A stretch of DNA of 63,959 bases, counting the filler, from Lenisia limosa (Eukaryota > Protista > Breviatea): NCBI GenBank assembly GCA_001655205.1. It is 10 parts of 10 records of this genome, joined end to end, with 100 filler letters (N's around TTAATTAATTAA, not from the genome) between each part and the next. Parts side by side here need not be neighbours in the genome. Positions count along the whole stretch, not along the records: positions 12,336 to 16,119 come from LPNZ01009492.1; positions 16,220 to 20,513 come from LPNZ01008796.1; positions 20,614 to 42,291 come from LPNZ01000993.1; 7 more parts are not named here. The stretch is one strand, 5' to 3'. The number at the start of each line of letters is the position of its first letter. The stretch's first letter is position 1. The position numbers and the translations under genes are program-made. The notes under the pieces were generated by a model that had not been told where the DNA came from, did not search any database, and saw only the letters and a list, made by a program, of their open reading frames with translations. Positions 12,820 through 24,929 of the stretch are shown here, in pieces.

Positions 12820-15800
12820 GATACCCCATCCGACCTCAATACCCCGGAAGAGGGCACCAAAAGAGCCAAAAGAGTTTCCCCATCCAAAGCCAGACCGACT
12901 TGCTCCTTATGGCAAGTGCTTGACGTACAACATCCCTATATGGTAAGTGGTATCTTTATATGGTAAGTGCTATACATTTACTGTAGGTTCCATCCTTATA
13001 TGGTAGTTTGACTATGGGGCTGCTGACAAAAACTATCCCAATATCGTAAGTGTAATTCTTACACAAGCGTGGGGCAAAGGGAAGAAAAGAAGAAAAACAG
13101 AAACAGAAGAAAAGAAGAAAACCAGAATAAAAGAATAAAAGAAGAAACAAAGAAGAAAAGAAGAAAAACCGAAAAGAAGTTCCCCATAGTCCCAATTATT
13201 TAGACAGTCAAAGTTGATTCTAGGTTTCGTTACATTTTTCACGCCACCCCCCCACCTCTTGGAAACACGACGGTTCTAACGTACTTAAGGGTACAGGGAA
13301 AAGGTTCCTAGGTAAGCGATGGCACGGGCACGTGCATTCTGCGTTGAGTGAGAGCGGAGAGGATAAGGTTGAATGTGAAGATTTATTTTTACGTGAGCGA
13401 CGGGGGATGGTATTAGAAGTTTTTTTTGTGAGTGGGGTGTGAGAAGAAAAAGAGCTTACGCGGATGGTTGTCAGAATGCCTAATAATTGGCCCGAAAGAT
13501 GAGGACGTTTTCAGCGACTCCAGCAGCTTTTGGAGAATGGCTATCTGGGGGGTGTAAAATTGGAGAATTTTTGGGGAAAAATAAAATAATACAATCTGTT
13601 AGAAATGGGGGTGGGGGTGGGTGGGTAGAATCCTCTTTTTGAATCGGGCAACTAAAGAGAGAAAAAAACCCTGAAATAACACAAAAGGGGGAGTAAAACT
13701 GGAAAGTTTATGAAACGGGGGACTGGTAAGTAAAATGTCAATTTTTCAAATCCTCTGAAACAAAAAAACCATACTTGTTTCTTAGTTTCAAAATCCGTGC
13801 AAAACGGCCATATATGTACGTAGAAAACGAGAGCAAGTTCCACAGCAGCGGCCGGAGTGAGAGTTAACGAAGATGTACCAAGTATTTCATAGGGATTCAA
13901 GGAATGACGTGGGCCAAAGCTGACGTCCATGATGCCGCTACAATGTTAATAGGAAATAATGGGCTCATCTATAAAGGGGGTGACAGCGTCTGTAGTTAAA
14001 ACTAAAAAGGGCTAAAAGTGGTATTTTTCTGAACAAAATTAAAAAATAAAAGGTTAATTTTGTAAATACGAGCCACGGCCAAATAACGCGACCCCCTTCC
14101 CCCAAGCAATAACCCCCCCCCCCCACGAAGACTCTTCAAATGACGAATGGCCATATTGTTCGATTTTATCTGGGGCTACGAGCGCAAGCGGATTCGTCAG
14201 AACAGGACATGACTAAAATGTGAAATGGGGGTGGGGGAGGGGGGGAAATGGCATAATATTACAAACAGTGGCCGCGATAAGTACTGACACGATTAACTGA
14301 AGATAAAGTTCAATCCGTATCTGAACTTATCACAGTGCATATGATAAACAACTATATCCCATCACAAAGACGACATTAAGCTCTCCAAGAAACCGCCCAC
14401 CTCCACGTCTCCCTCCACAAAAAAAGGCCCGGTGAAGTCTTGCGTTTCATCTTCTTCCATATTAGGCAAGAGAACGTCGTATTGTGACGGACTTGTCTTA
14501 TTAGGAAGCTGGGTCGTCGGCGAGGCCATAACGCCCTTCACTGTTGCGGAAGTCAGCACCACGGCGGCGCTGTCGTCGATATCAAGTTCAGGTTCCGGGA
14601 CCCTAAATCGTCGGGGTACCGGGGGGGTTAGATTCACCCGGGCTGGGGGAGATTCGACTGTGAAGACGGCGGAACTGGCTGGGATGCTGTCCTGAGACAT
14701 GACGCCNNNNNNNNNNNNNNNNNNNNNNNNNNNNNNNNNNNNNNNNNNNNNNNNNNNNNNNNNNNNNNNNNNNNNNNNNNNNNNNNNNNNNNNNNNNNNN
14801 NNNNNNNNNNNNNNNNNNNNNNNNNNNNNNNNNNNNNNNNNNNNNNNNNNNNNNNNNNNNNNNNNNNNNNNNNNNNNNNNNNNNNNNNNNNNNNNNNNNN
14901 NNNNNNNNNNNNNNNNNNNNNTCGCTTCTGTACCGCATCCCGTCACTCCAGCGTACATTATCATGGAGTGAATCCGAGGTTTGCGTGACGATTAACGTGG
15001 CTGGGATTTGTGTGATAGGCAAGGGGGGTTGTGAGTGGGGTTGTGAGTGGGGTTGTGAGTGGGATGTGGAATGTTGCGAGTGAGGAGGTGGGAGTTGGGT
15101 CTCGGGTGGAGGAGGTTGTGAATTGAAGAAGTCTGCTACCGGCCTTTTTTGCAGTATTGGGACCAGTTTGGCTTGATCAAATGTCGTCTCGGGTTGACGA
15201 TCTAAATGATTAAAGGGAGGTACAGAAAGTTGACCCATCTGATATCCACTTGTGATATGAATATGTCCCACTTCAAATTTCTGAATTAATTGCACGAAGC
15301 CCAAGAATCTATGGTCTGAAAAAGACCGATAAAGTATCAGAGTTTTTAAGGATTTATCTTGAAATTCTTTATTTATCGAAGTGAAGCCCTATTTGTTTGC
15401 ATCTGGATTCCCTCTGTACTATTGTGAATAGTTACGTAATTATTGATCATTGGTGAAGAAAAAAAATGGACTTGAAACCTGAATGTATTAATTATTATTA
15501 TTTTGTCAAATATATAAACCTACCAAATTTGGAGGGAGCAACCGCGTGGTTACCGAATAGAGGCTGTGAGACCTGTGGGTGAGAAAAAGACGGGGAGGGG
15601 AAAGACGGGGAGCGGAAACAAAGGAAATTTCGATGAAGAATTGGCGAAAAGGTAATAATCACGAACCGAATAATTGGGGAGGGGGGTAAAACGAAGGAAA
15701 TTTATGAAAAAGCAAATCAACATCTTCTCCAAAGTTCAAGTCCCCATAGTAATAGTGTGGACGGCTTTGGTCTGATTCTATCTCTTATTGTTAGGGCTTC

Positions 15801-15985
15801 TCCACTGTCCGAAAAAGACTGGTAAAATATCGAATATATCGAGGATTTATCAAGAAATTTTGTCTTTCTTGGGACTTACTATAAACCCAGGGGCAGCCCC
15901 ACACCTGCGTGATAGACGGCACAATTGTTGTCAGCGACTCATCAATGACAGTGGCAACACCATCTTCCTGGGCCGCTGGGGGGAT
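12820..15985 (-). CDS. internal part of a multi-exon hypothetical protein with a Pro/Ser/Gln/His-rich region
   Basis: Spliceable exons AAQEDGVATVIDESLTTIVPSITQ, SQPPPPETQLPPPHSQHSTSHSQPHSQP, the 14362-14700 ORF, GIMDVSFGPRHSLNPYEILG and IAILQKLLESLK. No family recognised. Confidence 0.5.
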
Positions 15986-16386
15986 TGTCAGTACAATAAT
16001 GTGGGGGGATGAGGTGTGAAAAGAAAATGACAGCCCGAGGGGGAGCGGTTGGACTAAAATTTTGGAAAATTGATGAAACAAAAAAGTTCAAAATCAACTC
16101 TGTTGGCTTACAACACACGNNNNNNNNNNNNNNNNNNNNNNNNNNNNNNNNNNNNNNNNNNNNTTAATTAATTAANNNNNNNNNNNNNNNNNNNNNNNNN
16201 NNNNNNNNNNNNNNNNNNNAGTGGAAATTTGGATGAAGAATATTGGCGCAAACTTAATAATCACAACAGAATAATCTGAAACAGTTGGAAACGGCTGGGA
16301 AAATTATGAAACAAAAAGCCCAGAAACAACTGTACGTGACAAGGTTATAACGGGTGTCCAAGCTAAGTTTCAAATTCATACAATTA

Positions 16387-16470
16387 GGGCTTTATTTCGG
16401 TTGGAATTTTTCGATAAATCTTCGAAAATTTTAGATATTTTACTGGTATTTTCCGAACCGAAGTGAAGAC
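16387..16470. mobile_element. MITE family 1 copy
   Basis: AGGGCTTTATTTCGGTTGG...CCGAACCGAAGTGAAGACCT. Confidence 0.7.
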
Positions 16471-18348
16471 CTACATATAATACTTGTAACATACCACCAT
16501 AAAACAATATTTTGCTGATCAATATACANNNNNNNNNNNNNNNNNNNNNNNNNNNNNNNNNNNNNNNNNNNNNNNNNNNNNNNNNNNNNNNNNNNNNNNN
16601 NNNNNNNNNNNNNNNNNNNNNNNNNNNNNNNCTTTTGTTTGTCAGCTTTTCCCTGGATTCGTGAACATTCCAGTTCATTATGATGTTGAGCGCCAAGGCG
16701 TTTTTTCCAAGAGCAAAGAGGGTTTAACCTTGAAAAAACATATGTACAGCATACCTGCCATTGGAAGAGGGCGGTAACAGATTGAGAGCAAGGGAAATTA
16801 TATATCCCAGCAATTCTTGAGATATAGATCCCTCGTTTGTTGGAGAAGTGCGAAGGGGGGGGGGGGNNNNNNNNNNNNNNNNNNNNNNNNNNNNNNNNNN
16901 NNNNNNNNNNNNNNNNNNNNNNNNNNNNNNNNNNNNNNNNNNNNNAGAAGTTAAGTGTTATACCAGTGCTAGAGAAAAGAGGGATGCAGGGGGATGCGAA
17001 GAGTATTAAAGAGTATTAGAGACTTTTATGCTAAGGTAATACCCCAAATTTTTAGACTATTTATTTGATAATTTTGAAAATCTATTGAAAGCTGGACGAA
17101 ATGATTTAATGATGATGTAAACAAACTGCATTTTGTATTAAGTTAGTTGTGTATTAGAAGGACTGGCAAAAGCCCCTCCTGGATCGGATTTGCTGATCTT
17201 TTGAGGCGGCTGCCTCATCATGGAAGCCACTAGCGATGGCAGTTTCCAGGCCTCTTTAGCCGATTGTAAGGCGTCTACAGTGGCGTACTTCGAAATGCTC
17301 ACTCAAGGCTTTGAAGGTATTACCGTGATCTGTTGCTGAGCCTCCAGAAGATTCACGCCTTGCTTTTGCGTCGAATAATGTTGTAGTCAACTGGAGAAAC
17401 CCGTCAGTCGAGGGCCATCGATCCATGAACGCGTCGTTACGGTCCCACAAGTCCGAAGATTATCGTGAGTCCTGCTTTCCTTGTTCTTTGCTTTAGGTGC
17501 TGTTGATGTTGGATTTTTTTTAACTTCCCTTTTAGTGATATTTAAATTCCTTTTAATTTGATTATATCAGGTTAATGATATTCAATTTTCCTCTCCTCCT
17601 TTTTTAAGAAGTTGCCTTAAAACTCAGCTTGTTTTCCTCTCCTCCTTTTTTAAAAAGTGGCCAAAAAACTCAGCTAAGTTTCATCTCATGAGGCGGCTTT
17701 CTAATTCGCATAGTATGAGCTCATGAATGAAAACTCGTAACATTCCTCATTTTGCACAGATAAACACAATATGTATACTTAGGCCTTTTGACTGGAGTTT
17801 CTCCCGTCTTTTCCACGAAATGCTACCTTTATTGACCCTATCCTCAATAAGTTTTCTTTATTTACCGAAATTTTCAGAACGGGATCTTGATATATCATGG
17901 AATGATATTACAGATTTGATTGAATTATGATTAAACAATAATCAGTACGCTTCCCCTTTTAATGTTATGTTGTACACGGCTTCAATCGGATACTCTTATC
18001 AACGTCTTTTATAAACGTCATTAATACAGTTTTACAGGATATATTAATACTGCAATTATTTTTGGAATTATTGATAATTACATGACAGAACATTCTTTCG
18101 ACAGTCAACTAATTTATTAAATTTTCCGAGTCCTAGTTTATATGGCTGTGATAAGTCCTGAATCTTGTCAATCGTTTCAGGACTTATCACGGCATTTTTA
18201 TGATCCATCTGTAGTTAATTGTATCCCTAGGTTTATGATTTGCTGCCAATTTTAAGGCAAAACTCTTAAATGCGTCATGGTGGACGACGTCCAGCCAGAT
18301 ACTACAACTTACATTGTTTCATTTCACTTCTACATATGCTGACATCAA

Positions 18349-18437
18349 CGGTTTCACTTTGGTTCGGGAAAATATCGATAGTTTTCGAGTATTCATCAAG
18401 AAATTCAGTCTTTTTTCGAACCGAAATGAAGCCCTAC
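18349..18437. mobile_element. MITE family 1 copy
   Basis: GGTTTCACTTTGGTTCGGG...TTCGAACCGAAATGAAGCCCTA. Confidence 0.7.
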
Positions 18438-19981
18438 TGACACCACCAGTTTATCTTGCTGTTGCTGCGCTTTGGAATAAGGACTGGATTACTTTAACAA
18501 TGGTATCGGGGTTGGGGTTGGGTTTCTTTCTTAACGCAGGTTGCGGTTGGAGAGATTTGTCACTGTTATCATAATTGTTGTTCTCTTATCTCAATAATAA
18601 CACGTTACGCTCGTTTACGGTTATTTTTGTTCTCCAACCGAACCTGCTTTAATGGCGATTGCAATTACAACATTTTATTGAAAAAATTGAAAACATTTGA
18701 TAAAAAACAGAGTTCTTTCATATATTTCCTTCTAAAAAGAAATAAAAAAACAGATGACATGACGCAAACGNNNNNNNNNNNNNNNNNNNNNNNNNNNNNN
18801 NNNNNNNNNNNNNNNNNNNNNNNNNNNNNNNNNNNNNNNNNNNNNNNNNNNNNNNNNNNNNNNNNNNNNNNNNNNNNNNNNNNNNNNNNNNNNNNNNNNN
18901 NNCTTTTTTGAACCAAAGTGAAGCCCTACTTGTTTTTCTTTCTAAATGGTGGCGGTTGAATTGCATCCATCCGTGGAGTAAACCTGCCCCCTTGTATCTT
19001 AAAATTTTCATATTTCCTCTTCACTCCTCCCCCACTTTTGTTTTTGTGCATTTGGAATTTGTTTTGTTTTAACATGTGCTTGTTAATACTTATGTTTTTT
19101 GTTTGGTGTTTCAGATTATTTAGTTCGTGATTAGGCGTTGATAACCAATATTCTTCCACGATCCCTCATTTTGAAATTTCCTTCGGCACTCCCCCCCCCC
19201 CCCNNNNNNNNNNNNNNNNNNNNNNNNNNNNNNNNNNNNNNNNNNNNNNNNNNNNNNNNNNNNNNNNNNNNNNNNNNNNNNNNNNNNNNNNNNNNNNNNN
19301 NNNNNNNNNNNNNNNNTGTCGGCCAACCGAGTTGATTTTTGCTTTTTTGTTTCATACATTTTCTTATTTTACCCATTCCCCCAGGCCCAAAGCTTCCTAT
19401 CCCCTCAGCAGATCTTAGATCCGCTCCAACTCGGCTCAACCACCTATCCGAGCCTCCTCGAAATGGCGTCTCTGCGTGAATACAATCTCGCCGCCTCCAG
19501 GTGCGGTTGGATGCAGAATTGGGAAATGAAATATGGGGGGGATAAGCAATGGGAAGTAATAAATTTTGGTATTGTATCTGAAAATTGAAAAAAAGCAATA
19601 ATTTGGCTGCTACAAGGTTGTTGTTGTTAATTTTTTGCAGCAAAGTTATTAAAACTAGTCTAGCTATTAATATTATCCAATATCTCTTTTAAGCGTGTAG
19701 GTGTGGAAGGCTTCGGCTAGATACAACCTTATTTCTTGTTTCTCATTGCTATATACTATATATCTTCACCCAAAGATATTCAAATCTGGGGGTTCTAGGC
19801 TATTTTGGGTTTTAATTATGGCCTCCCTACGGTCCGAAATAGACTGTTAAAATATCGATATTAATCGAGAATTTATAGAGAAATTCAGTCTTTTTTGGAA
19901 CCGTAGGGAATCCCTATGCATAATGCATACACTGCCACCTTTTTGCTTCCTAATATTAATGGGATCCCAGCAATCTTTCAA

Positions 19982-20080
19982 GGGCTTCACTTCGGTTCGA
20001 AAAAAATACTGAATTTTTTGATAAATCCTCGAAAACTATCGATATTTTACTGGATTCTTTCGCAACCGAAGTGAAACCCC
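19982..20080. mobile_element. MITE family 1 near-consensus copy, in a cluster with 19821-19915 and 20159-20230
   Basis: GGGCTTCACTTCGGTTCGAAAAAAATACTG...CGCAACCGAAGTGAAACCCC. Confidence 0.75.
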
Positions 20081-20679
20081 AAATCTGTCACTTAAAGAAA
20101 AAAGCCAGACCGCGATAAAGCCTGGCACTATTTCATAAGGAAGTGCTACAAACACCTTATTCACTTTGGTTCGAAAAAGACTGGTACATTATCGATAAAT
20201 TGTGTCTTTTTTTGAACCAAAGTGAAGCCCAAATCCTATAAATATATCTGGGGGTTCAATATAATGCAAAAAGAGCTCACATTCCAGAATCCTCAATCGG
20301 CACGACGTAATTGACATGGTTGAACAGCGAATCAAACGCCACCCCCATGTTTGAGGGGCTATCAATCAGTACCATCGTTTTTTATAGTTTCCCCTCACTC
20401 CCATCAATGTGTTTCTTTATTTGGGTTGTTGTTAATATGTTGTCTATTTATACTACCCATACGCTGAAGTGATGGAATGCGGTGCTGCAGAAGCGATTGG
20501 CCTGGGCTTGGTTNNNNNNNNNNNNNNNNNNNNNNNNNNNNNNNNNNNNNNNNNNNNTTAATTAATTAANNNNNNNNNNNNNNNNNNNNNNNNNNNNNNN
20601 NNNNNNNNNNNNNTCATCAGTCTCACATAATTCTGAAAAAATTGACACAGTATTTCATCACATTCAGCATTTAGCTCAC

Positions 20680-21977
20680 CCTGGGCAGGGATAAGGTTCT
20701 TCTCAGCCTCGGCCTTGTCGACTTCGGCAGTAGTGATGGCGGCCTTCCATTCGGCAATGGTGGCAGCTGCAAAAGGGGGGGTACAATAACAGCGTGGAAA
20801 CACTAAACCAACGACAATATATGGATATAGCTATATAACGATGTTAATATATACATGAAAAATAATGACCTGTTAGGGAGGGCAAGACAAATTTAAACGA
20901 AAACTAAACCACAAACCAGCTTCCTTGACCATTTCGTCTCTTTTGGCTCCGACGGCAATTAGCCATTCACGCTCAACGCGCCTCTCCTCGCGCTCAGCCA
21001 CAAGGGCTTCAGCACAGGTGTTGACACAGGCTGTGGGGTGAGCCAATTAATCTTTCAAAACGTTAAATAGTCAAACCAGCTATGTATGTTAATTGTGGAA
21101 ATCTTGCGATTGAATAGAACACTGTACCGCCACCAACCTCCGGACTTCCACTCATCAGAACCGTCACAGCAATCTGTAGTTAATTAGCACTGCGAAAGAT
21201 GTAATAGACAGCGTGTCATGTGTCATTCAAAGAGCCGAGCTTTACTGGGCAATAAACTGCACTCAAATTATACATAACTCTCAGACTGCTTAATTCGTGT
21301 ATGAAAAGAAAAAATATTCAAGTGGAATTTCTACACATAGGCGGCGTTGGATACCCTGCGACGCTTACCGCAAATGCCGTCATTGACCCTGCTTGAGAAC
21401 AGTCGCGATGAACGATAGCCCTCGTTTTGACAGAAGAAACTGCCCTTTTCACAAGCAGATGTTCCTGAAATATAAGGTTCATATGGAATATGTGAAGATA
21501 AGGATGTATCATCAGAACAAAGCGTGATTCTAGATGTGGAAGAAAACAAGAAAGAAAAACCAGTAGAGAAATGGAGGATTGAGGGAAGATGGTGAAACAG
21601 TATAACGCTTCTATTCAGGAAATAAACCTTTTTATTCGCGGTTTACAGGGGAGAAGAAGCAGAAGAAGACTTACCAGGTTCATCAGAGCCATCTTCACAG
21701 TCTAAATCAAATCAGAGCAGCTTCAAACAAAGTATAAGCTAGTAATTCGTGAACCCTTTCAGCCTTACCGCAATAGTCGTCGTTAATGTTTTCAAAGGGA
21801 ATGGTCTTGTCTCCACAAACGAAGGTCTTTCCTTCGGCATACTTGTCCGCATCTATGTTTATTAGCTTCTATAACTTTATTTTGAGCGAGCCTACCCTTG
21901 AGATTGATTCCCCTGATGGTAACAGCTGTGGCGAGAGTTGTCAAAAACAACAACAACAGGAACTTAAAACTATCCAT
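20680..21977 (-). CDS. PRKCSH: glucosidase II beta subunit, 5' part (cut by scaffold end)
   Basis: Signal [24 protein letters not shown], then [61 protein letters not shown], then coiled coil. Confidence 0.93.
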
Positions 21978-22351
21978 TTTCGGAGTGATGTATCGAATGT
22001 CCTCTGTGGCACTTGTGTCCAAAGTGAGACAGTGTTGAGACAGTGGAAGAATGGATGAATGGATGAAAAGAGACAAAACAACTAAAGTGTAACACTAGTT
22101 ACATTAGTTATCCAAAATCAAACTTTCCAAATGAGGCAGTCTCTTCTCTTTTGTTTCATGGTCTTATTGCGAATCGTGATCTAATTTTTGAAACTAGTAG
22201 TTGCTAAATAGTTTAATAGTTTAATAGTCATTATTGTTTTGAAACAAAGTGTCATTGAGTTCTCCATCATTTTACCACTTTTCTAAAAGCGCACGAAGTC
22301 AGCAACCAAGGGTTTTTAAACAAGGGAGAAGTAAAAGCGAGTTGTTTTATC

Positions 22352-24396
22352 ATGAAAATTGCAGTTCTCTTTTGGGGACTTGCCCTTGCTTCAGTTGTCA
22401 GTGCAGCCTGTACTGGTACCAAAGTGGTGGGTTTGGGAATGCTGTTTTTTTTAAGGGAGGTGTCAGTTTGAAAAACTATGGTCATGATCATATCATGGAT
22501 GGAAACCATCACAACTGAAGGTCTGTTTTTATGGATGTCCATATTATCCGATATGAGAGTTGAATGTCTTACTAAGAATTCTTTCGCAAATGTTTTTTCA
22601 TATTAGCCACCGTGCTTCCATATTCTTTTTCACCTCACTAGTACGAATTTGAATGGACCTCCGGATGGAATAGTCAAGATCATCCCACAGACTTCCCTTC
22701 AAATGTGGGTTCCCAGAGGGCCGGAAAGGAGTTGAGGTTCAACGCGATCACAGATCACGAAACGTTCCACTCATGCCACTAGTTATCAAAAATACCATCA
22801 TTTTCCAATTACATTCAATAAACAAATTTTGTGGACAGATCCAATATTAATTCTCAAATGTTGAATTGATACCAACCTTCCTGTAGGCGCACTTCTCACC
22901 CCCTGTCGTGACATCACATGATATCAACTATTCGTTCTTCAAACACGGTGTCGCGGTCACTGCTGGTGTACGATGGGCTTCTCTTATCTGACATATTGAA
23001 GATTTTTGTGAAGATGATGTGAAACGTTTATTCATTTTGGTATGTAAAAGTCATGGTGCAGAGAGAACCCCTTGTTTCCTTATTTGTCACCAAAATAAAT
23101 ATAGATCCAAGACGTGGCTGAAACAGGCGCAACTGATATCCTGAAATCGGAGCTTGATGCTGCTCAAACAGCTGGAACCGTTCACACCTATGATGTGGGT
23201 TGATGATTCGATCAAATGAAACAATCACGTGTCATATTTCACCAAAGATCCACATTCCATCCTGTATTTAGCTCACCACTAGATTGGATCCGGATTTGAC
23301 AGCCCTGGAGAGAAGGTTTCCGTTTCTGTTGAAGTTGACCCCGACCACCCTTACATAAGTGGCGTCTCAATGTATGCATTGCATTCCACTCAATAAAATT
23401 ATTGCTGTTATAAATATTGTGTGTTCAGAGGACTATGAGTGTCGTTGAAATTAGCCAATTGTCTCATGTTTCGGGGGAGCTTTCAATGAAAAACCCCTTG
23501 AGATTATTTATATAGCTGATCATTCAGGGTTGCACCTTCTCCAGATTGGTTTGTCGGCTTTTTTGTCCTGCTGTGTGGTAGGCTGGGGTGCTGTTATACT
23601 AACTCTTGACCAAAATTTATTCGACCCTTTTTTTTTTCAATCTCATTGTGACCAAGTCAACTAATGTTGTAGAAAATGACCAATGGCTTGATAGTCTCTC
23701 TGCCCCCAATCTTCCAGTCTATGACGCCGGAACCGATGATGGTGACTTGGCATTATCTATTATGTCATTATAACTCGGAGATTCAGATGATGATTGGATA
23801 CTCCATTTTGCTACTTCTTATTTTCACATCTTATCATATCGCAAAATACATGTTATATTCTGATGTACTGTGACTCACAATACTAGGAACGACATTCAAA
23901 TCAGCTGATGTCGTCACAACGCCTCAAGGAACGGTTGAAGTCATTACTGAGGATATGACTGGTCCTTTCTTCAAGGCCGGATCCAATGTGGGTATAGTAA
24001 GGGCTTAATCCTCCTCGGGCTTAATGCCGTATCAATCACTGCCATACTCTAAAATGTGTATTTAATTTGATTCTCTTCATTTGCTGCTGTTGGCTGTTGT
24101 GTATCATATTTCATACATATTCAACATACTAGCCTTTCCACTCATAGCCTTCAGTCGTCGGTTCCCAATATGATGGGAGTTGAAATCAAAAGCAGTGACG
24201 GAAGTGCTGCTTCAATTACCGATCTAATTCCCTGGTAAGTTACATGCCCTGAAACGTCATCATTACATCAAGAAGGGGTATAGCACTTGACATGGATTTC
24301 AGTCATTTGCTCAAAAATCGACATGTTCCCTATTATCATGATGTTTTCTAATTGTACAGGTTGATTTTCTCGTGTGTTGGTCTGCTTCTTCTCTAA
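22352..24396 (+). CDS. Spondin_N domain protein with signal peptide and GPI-signal-like C-terminus
   Basis: MKIAVLFWGLALASVVSA; AHFSPPVVTSHDINY; VAETGATDILKSEL; VDPDHPYISGVSM; VAPSPDWFVG; YDAGTDDG; ends WLIFSCVGLLLL*. Confidence 0.88.
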
Positions 24397-24929
24397 GAAT
24401 TCAATTCGGACTTACTCAGTAGTGTTTTAGTGTTATTAATTTAATTTTTGGTCTGTTTTTCATCAATACAATCATTCACATTTTGATTTGGGGTGTTTGT
24501 TTGTCAGAAACTTCAAAACAGCCAATTGCATTTCATTATTTTGGGATGTTAGAGAGGTCTTATGTAGTAAGTGTGTCAAATTATGTTAGGTTTTGAATCA
24601 ATTTCGCTCCTATTGGCATTCACAGGTTCTTGAAGACAAAAATAAATTCAGTGAACTGCACTATGCGTTCACCTGGAATCTATCAGCGGAGTCCGAGCAT
24701 TGTTTTGAGAAAACTTTCCATATATAGATTTCACCTTTTCAACTTCATACAGTTTGTGTGTGCAATGCCAATTGCTTGGTTATTTATCTACCAACATCTC
24801 CTCAATGTCCCTTAATAGAAGCGAATACATATTTTCCACATTCTAAGGTAAATACAAACACTTTTCCATAAACAAACCCAAAACAACCACTTTCTTTCAG
24901 TTCAGTAATTTTGCTATCTCAAGCGCACT

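Noticed and set aside
17160-17480. GC-richer block with short ORFs on both strands
   Set aside because: Stops in all plausible frames, no motif and no consistent splice model; left uncalled.
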